Part shown: positions 12,201-18,200 of the stretch, piece after piece
How the letters are laid out: each line of letters begins with the position of its first letter
Numbering within the stretch: the stretch's first letter is position 1
Origin: Verrucomicrobiota bacterium
GTDB taxonomy: Bacteria; Verrucomicrobiota; Verrucomicrobiia; Limisphaerales; SXQI01
Assembly: GCA_033762115.1 (NCBI GenBank)
Contig: JANRLX010000071.1
Span: 14,974-78,973, forward strand
Direction: 5' to 3'
Length of the DNA: 64,000 nucleotides
Made by a program: the position numbers and the translations under genes
Notes under the pieces: model-generated
Seen by the model: the letters and a program-made list of their open reading frames with translations, nothing else
Databases searched by the model: none
Told to the model about the DNA's origin: nothing

Positions 12201-15200
12201 GCGGAAAGGTCGCTGGTGGACGGTTTTGTCCAGAAAGCCTGAACGCGGGTGCCAGGGGAGAGATTTCCCAGTGTTGAAAAATCAGCCGTCGTATCCCCGG
12301 CATGGAAATAACCCAGGATTGAAGCCCTCAGCTTATTCTCGATATTGGTGAACCGAGCTGTGTTCGCAGCGGCCCGAGTGTTGTTGGCCTCCGCTTCGAA
12401 ACGTGTGGGAGGCTCGGCAATAGTCAGCCTGAAACGATACTCACCGGTATAGGCATCAGACTGGGTGATGCGAACGTAGTAGGTGCCCGTGTTCGGGATG
12501 AGAATGCCGTTGTTTCCTGCATCTGTGGTTTGGCCCTGGCCGTTATTTTGAGTATAGAAATAGAGAAGGCGTGGATATGAATTATCCAGTGAGGTGCTGG
12601 TGTAATAAATTTCGTAAAGGAGCTGGCTGTTGTTCACATTGCCGGGAGTTTCTGCCGCAAGTTCCAGCCGGTCGCCAGCCCTGGCGCTGAATTGCCACCA
12701 ATCCACATCTCCGCTGGTTAGCTGACCACGTCCCTGCGATTGGCGGATGCCATTTCCCAGGGAGGTGACACCTAGGAGATGAGAAGCTGTTCCAAAGAGA
12801 ATGCGAACTGTGGAACTGTAATAATTCGCGGTGGCAATGTCAGGGCGACCATCCCCATTCAGGTCACCAATTGCAGAGGCAAGAGGCCCATTGGGATGAA
12901 CCCATTGGTAGAAAGGTTCAAATGTGCCGTCACCATTTCCCAGCAGTGTCACCACACGGTCATTCCCAAAAGCCGGGATTAGCAAATCGATGCGACCATC
13001 GAGGTTGAGATCGCCGGAAATCATCTGGTATGGGTCGGCGGTTCCTGCTGCAACACTGGCTGATTGCGTGAATGTGGCATCACCATTTCCAAGCAGGACG
13101 GTGTAGGTGTTGTTGCCTGCGCTCAGGGTGGCGAGATCAGCGAAGGTGTCTCCGTCAAAGTCAGCAGAAACCAACCCGCGCAAGGTGCTTCCGATGACAT
13201 TGGTTGAATGAACCTGCAATGAACCGTCCCCAGCGCCCAGGTAGAGGATCAGATTGCCGGCATTCGCATTCGCAACGGCGACATCGAGATGCTGGTCTGC
13301 ATCGAAACGTCCTGCAGCCAGTGCAAAAGCGCCATCGCCAGCTGAAAAATTGACAGCGGCGGCGAAGCTGGTTCCGTTGTTCAAAAGGACGGAGATATTG
13401 TCACTGTTTTCATTGGCGGAGAGCAGGTCCAGCCGGGTGTCACCATTCAGATCAGCAGTAATGATGGAGCGAGGGTTGCCGCCAACCGGGTAGATTACAG
13501 GCGGCTGGAAAGTGCCGTCTCCATTTCCCAACAACACTGAAATGCTGGAGGCAAGGTAATTGCCGACCGCAATATCCAGCAGGTTGTCCTTGTTCAAATC
13601 TGCGACGAGAGTTGATCGAGGCGAGTTACCGACAACAATGTTCGTGTAGTTCGTGAAAGCGCCTCCGCCCAAACCGAGGAATACCATGACCCGATTTTGC
13701 CCCAATGCAGATACGACGAAATCGTTGTGCTGATCTCCGTTGAAATTTCCAATGGCTATGCCGTAGGGGTTTGAATCGGTATTTAAGGGGTTGCTGACAT
13801 CAAACGAGCCGTTCGGCTGTGTGATGATGTTCGTGGAGAGAGAAGTTGAAAGAAGCGGAGAATTGTTGGTTCTGTTCTCAAGGATAAATCCTGCCAGTTC
13901 GGAGACCTGGAACTCACGAATGTAAGGGGCTGGCAATGGACTGCCTGAACGATCTGTGAATGCTGTGCTGATGGTAAACTTGTAGAAGCCTTCCTGTAAC
14001 GGACCGTTGGAAATGAGATAGGAAGCCGACAAGCCGGTGACATAAGCTGATGCTGTGATGGAATAAAGTTGATCGTCAGGAGTATTGAAAGTTTCGTCCG
14101 CGCCCGCAGAACGAAGCTCAATATTGTTTGTGTTCATGACCGTCGCGGGGGCCATGTCCTCCGAAAAACCAATTGTGAAGGAAGGATGAACGAAGGTGAC
14201 GGTGGAATCCTCGGCGGGCAGTGAAACTGATGCGATGGAGGGAGGCGCTGTGTCTCCCAAATCAATGCTCAAGATATATTGAGCCATCAACCCAGGACCG
14301 GTGGAGCCGACCGGGCCCGCGGCGACCCAGTTTACGTTATTCGCGAGAGTTCCGGCGCGATTCTGCGCAGTGGCGTCAGCCACTGTTGTTCCTGTACCCT
14401 CTTCAAAATTCCAAAGACCAATCAAACCGGGTTCAGTTCCTGTCAGGGTGGTGTTCAGGTTTGCCAGAATATCGGCTCCGGACAATGCCTTGTTCCAGAC
14501 TCTGATATTATCGAGCAATCCAGGGAAATAGTTCCCGCAGCAGACTTCGCCGCCAAAGCGGGTCCCGGCGGCGGTCGGATTGAAATCAGCAGCCACGGCA
14601 GCAGTTGCCTTGAGTTCCCCATTCACGTAGAGCCAGATATTGGTTCCATCCGAACTTGCGGCCACATGATGCCATGTATCCAGGGCGGGCAATTCCGGAG
14701 CGGTTAATGTCTCGGAACAAGCTCCGCCCAAAGGCCTGAAACTCACCGCAAAACGTCCACTGTTGAGCGCCAGCCCCCAGTCCTGGCAACTGGCGAAACT
14801 TCCTGCAATTCCGCGCCTTCCGCCGGGATAAGCGGATGGTCGCACCCAGGCTTCCACAGTCCATTGTTTGCCAGGAGCCCATGCACCGGTATCGACATAA
14901 CCATTTCCACCATCAAAACTAAGGTACGGCCCTGGATCCCCTGCCCTGCTCGGGCCCACGGAATAAACTCGGGCAAAGTAAGCCCCTTCACCACCTTCAG
15001 GAACGATATATTCAAGTTGCGGGCCGGAGGGACTGGATTCTGCGAGAACTTCCCCGGTGCTGTTTAAAACCTGAATGACCGCAGACAACCCGCTGGAAAC
15101 GGGATTGGTTTGCCCGAGCCGAATGGCAGTGCCAACAGATAAATTACCCAGCTGAAAATGGTCACCGGGATCGCCGTAGCCGATGTAACCCACCACGGTA

Positions 15201-18200
15201 GCTTTCTGGTGACCGGCTTCCAAAGAATAATTGAGGGAGTTGGCGGTGCCATGTGAGTTATTGGCTTCGGTTTCAATCTGTTTGCCGCCCCCCGCCAGTG
15301 TGACCCTGAAACGATACTCGCCCAAATAGTCATACCACTGGCTTACCCGGACGTAATAAGTCCCATCAAAAGGAACCACGAAAGGGCCTGATTGCCCATA
15401 CCCAAAACTATTCGGATTATAAGTGAAGTGATGTCGAAAATCAGGGCCGTAAAGTGAATAGAAAAGGCCTGAATTGGATGGATATTCAGGGTTTTCCGCA
15501 GCAATCACCAACCGGTCGCCAGCCTTTGCGCTGAAGCTCCAGAAATCAACATCCGCCGTGGTCGTCAAATGCCCCCGGGCGGTGCCAGTCCGGACCAAGC
15601 TGGAAGCTGGATCCTCGGTAAGGAATTCTGAATCAGAACCGTAAAATATTCGTAATGTGGAACTGTTATAATGACCTGCGATGATATCTTTTCTGCCATC
15701 ACGGTTGACGTCAGCAATGTCCACTGAACCAGCGGTCGGGTTGATGTCATAGGCCCCGGATTGGATGAAGGTACCATCACCTTTTCCAAGCAACGTAATG
15801 ATGGTTCCCTGCCCATAATTGGGAATGATCACATCAAGCTTATTGTCCGCGTTTATATCACTCACTACTAACTGGTGCGGATCACTCAGGCCAATGGCAA
15901 TCGTTGTCGCCGTCTGGAAGGTTCCATCCCCATTGCCAAGCAACACGCTGTAATTGCCGGCGGCATTTACAGTGACAACGTCCAGTTCGGAATCGCCGTT
16001 GAAATCGGCCAGGCGCAAAGCGCGAGGATTGGAGCCAACAGTGTAAGTCACCTGTGTGGCGAAAGTGCCATTTCCATTGTTCATCAGGACGCTGATTGTG
16101 GTGGCACTCTGGTTTGCAACCACGAGATCAGGGGCGCTGTCTGAATTCAAATTTCCAGCCTGGACGTAATAGGGGTTATTTCCGACTGTGTAGTTGGTTT
16201 TGCTGCGGAAGGTGCCATCCCCATTTCCGAACAAAATGCTGACGGTATTCGGTCCATAATTTGCCGTGACAATGTCAGGGATGTCATCCCCGTTGAAATC
16301 ATCTGTCACCACCATGCGCGGGTTATTATCCACGGCAAAATTGGTGGCGGTGCCAAAGGTTCCATTTCCAGTTCCAAGGAGCACGCTGACATTGTGTGTG
16401 CTGTAATTGGCCACGACGGCATCGAGAAGGTTGTCGTCATTGACATCGACCAATGAAGCCGCAATTGGATTCACTCCAACGGTATAATTGGTTGGCGGGT
16501 GGAAGGTGCCACCTGCCTGCCCCATCAGGACGGAAAGGCTATTATTAGGCCAGTTGGCGATGACGAGATCGACGAAGAGATCGTTGTTCAGCGAGGTGGC
16601 CAGAATGTGCCACGGCTGGCCTCCGGAAGGAATAGTTTGCGATCCCGGCAAGAATGAGCCATCAGGGGTGGCGCCTGCTGAAAGGCTTAATGACGTTGCC
16701 AGGCTGAAATCATTGTTAGAACGATTTTCCAGGACGTATCCCTCTACAGCGGCCACGGTAAACTCCTGTTGCACCAATGTGCTGTAGCGAATGCCGCTGC
16801 GGTTGAGCAGATCACCAGGAATGGTAAACCGATATTTTCCAGGACGCAGGGGTCCGTCGACTATATTAAAGGTGGCGGACAACCCGCTGCTATAACCTTC
16901 GGAACGAATGGTGTAGAAGACATCGTCTGAATTGCCAAAGGTATTATTAGGACCGGCGGAACGCAGCTCGTAAAAGGAGCCGTTGGTGACGGTGGTCCGG
17001 AGCATGTCTTCGGAGAAGCCAATCGTAAAGTAAGGGGAAACATAAGTATTGGTGGTGCCTGAAGGGAGCGAGATTCCCGTAATCAAAGGAGCAGAGGTAT
17101 CGGTCAGGGTAATACTCATGGAATAATGCCCGGCGAGGCCTGCGCCGCTATCCGCACGGACCCGAGCGTAAATGTATCCGGATTGCCCACCCGGGAAGGA
17201 ATGGGAGAGATTGGTTATCCCCGCTGCTGCCGAGGCAATCACCGCTCCTTGCTGATCGAGGATTTCAAGAATCGGTGAAAGGTCGCTGGTGGCCGGGATA
17301 TTAATTTCCAGGTTTAGAGTTGCGGTGCCGCTTAAATATCCAAGGCCGAATGTATCCTGGCCATCCAGGGAGCCAATATATCCAGCCACGGTCGCCTTCA
17401 AGGCACCTGCATCAAGCACCAATGAAGGGACATTTGCGTTGCCATGAGCGTTGTTGTTCTCGGTCTCGATCTGAGCGTCCGGGTTCACGAGGGAGACGCG
17501 GAAACGATATTCAGCAAACCAATCATACCAATGTGAAACCTGAACATAGTAGGTGCCGGTTTGTGGGAGGATGAAAGGAACTATCTGGCCAAAGCCCCGG
17601 TAATCTGAATGGAATCCCACAATCGATGTTCCATCCGCACGCAGCAGATCGTAACGCAGACCGGAGTTAACCGGGTTGCCGGGAACTTCGCTGGCGAGCA
17701 TGACTCGATCACCTGCTTCGCCAGTAAAAGAGTAAATATCCAGATCGGCTGAGCTGGTCAGGGCCCCTCGACCGAACACGGTGCGAAAATTGGCCGCATC
17801 AGGAGTAAGGAATTTCTGTTTATTGCCGAGCCAGATTTTTACGTGATGCTGATCATATCCGGCAGTGGCCAAATCCAAAATTCCATCTGTGTTGTAATCA
17901 GCAACAGCGATGGCAATGGGGGCGCCTGGAGCACTGTAACGCTGGGAGGATTGGAAGGAGCCATCGGCGGTGCCGTGGAGGATGATCAATTCGCTGCCGC
18001 CATAGTTTGCCAGCGCAGCGTCCAGCCGCGTATCTCCATTAAAATCGGCAAGCTGAACATGGTAACTGTCAAAGTTGCCCAGCGGAAAAGTTTGGTAATT
18101 CGTGAAGGTGCCGTTTCCAGCGCCACGCAGGACAGCGACATTATCGCCGTTGTTATTTGCAACCACGAGGTCAACAAACCCGTCGTTGTTCAGGTCCGCC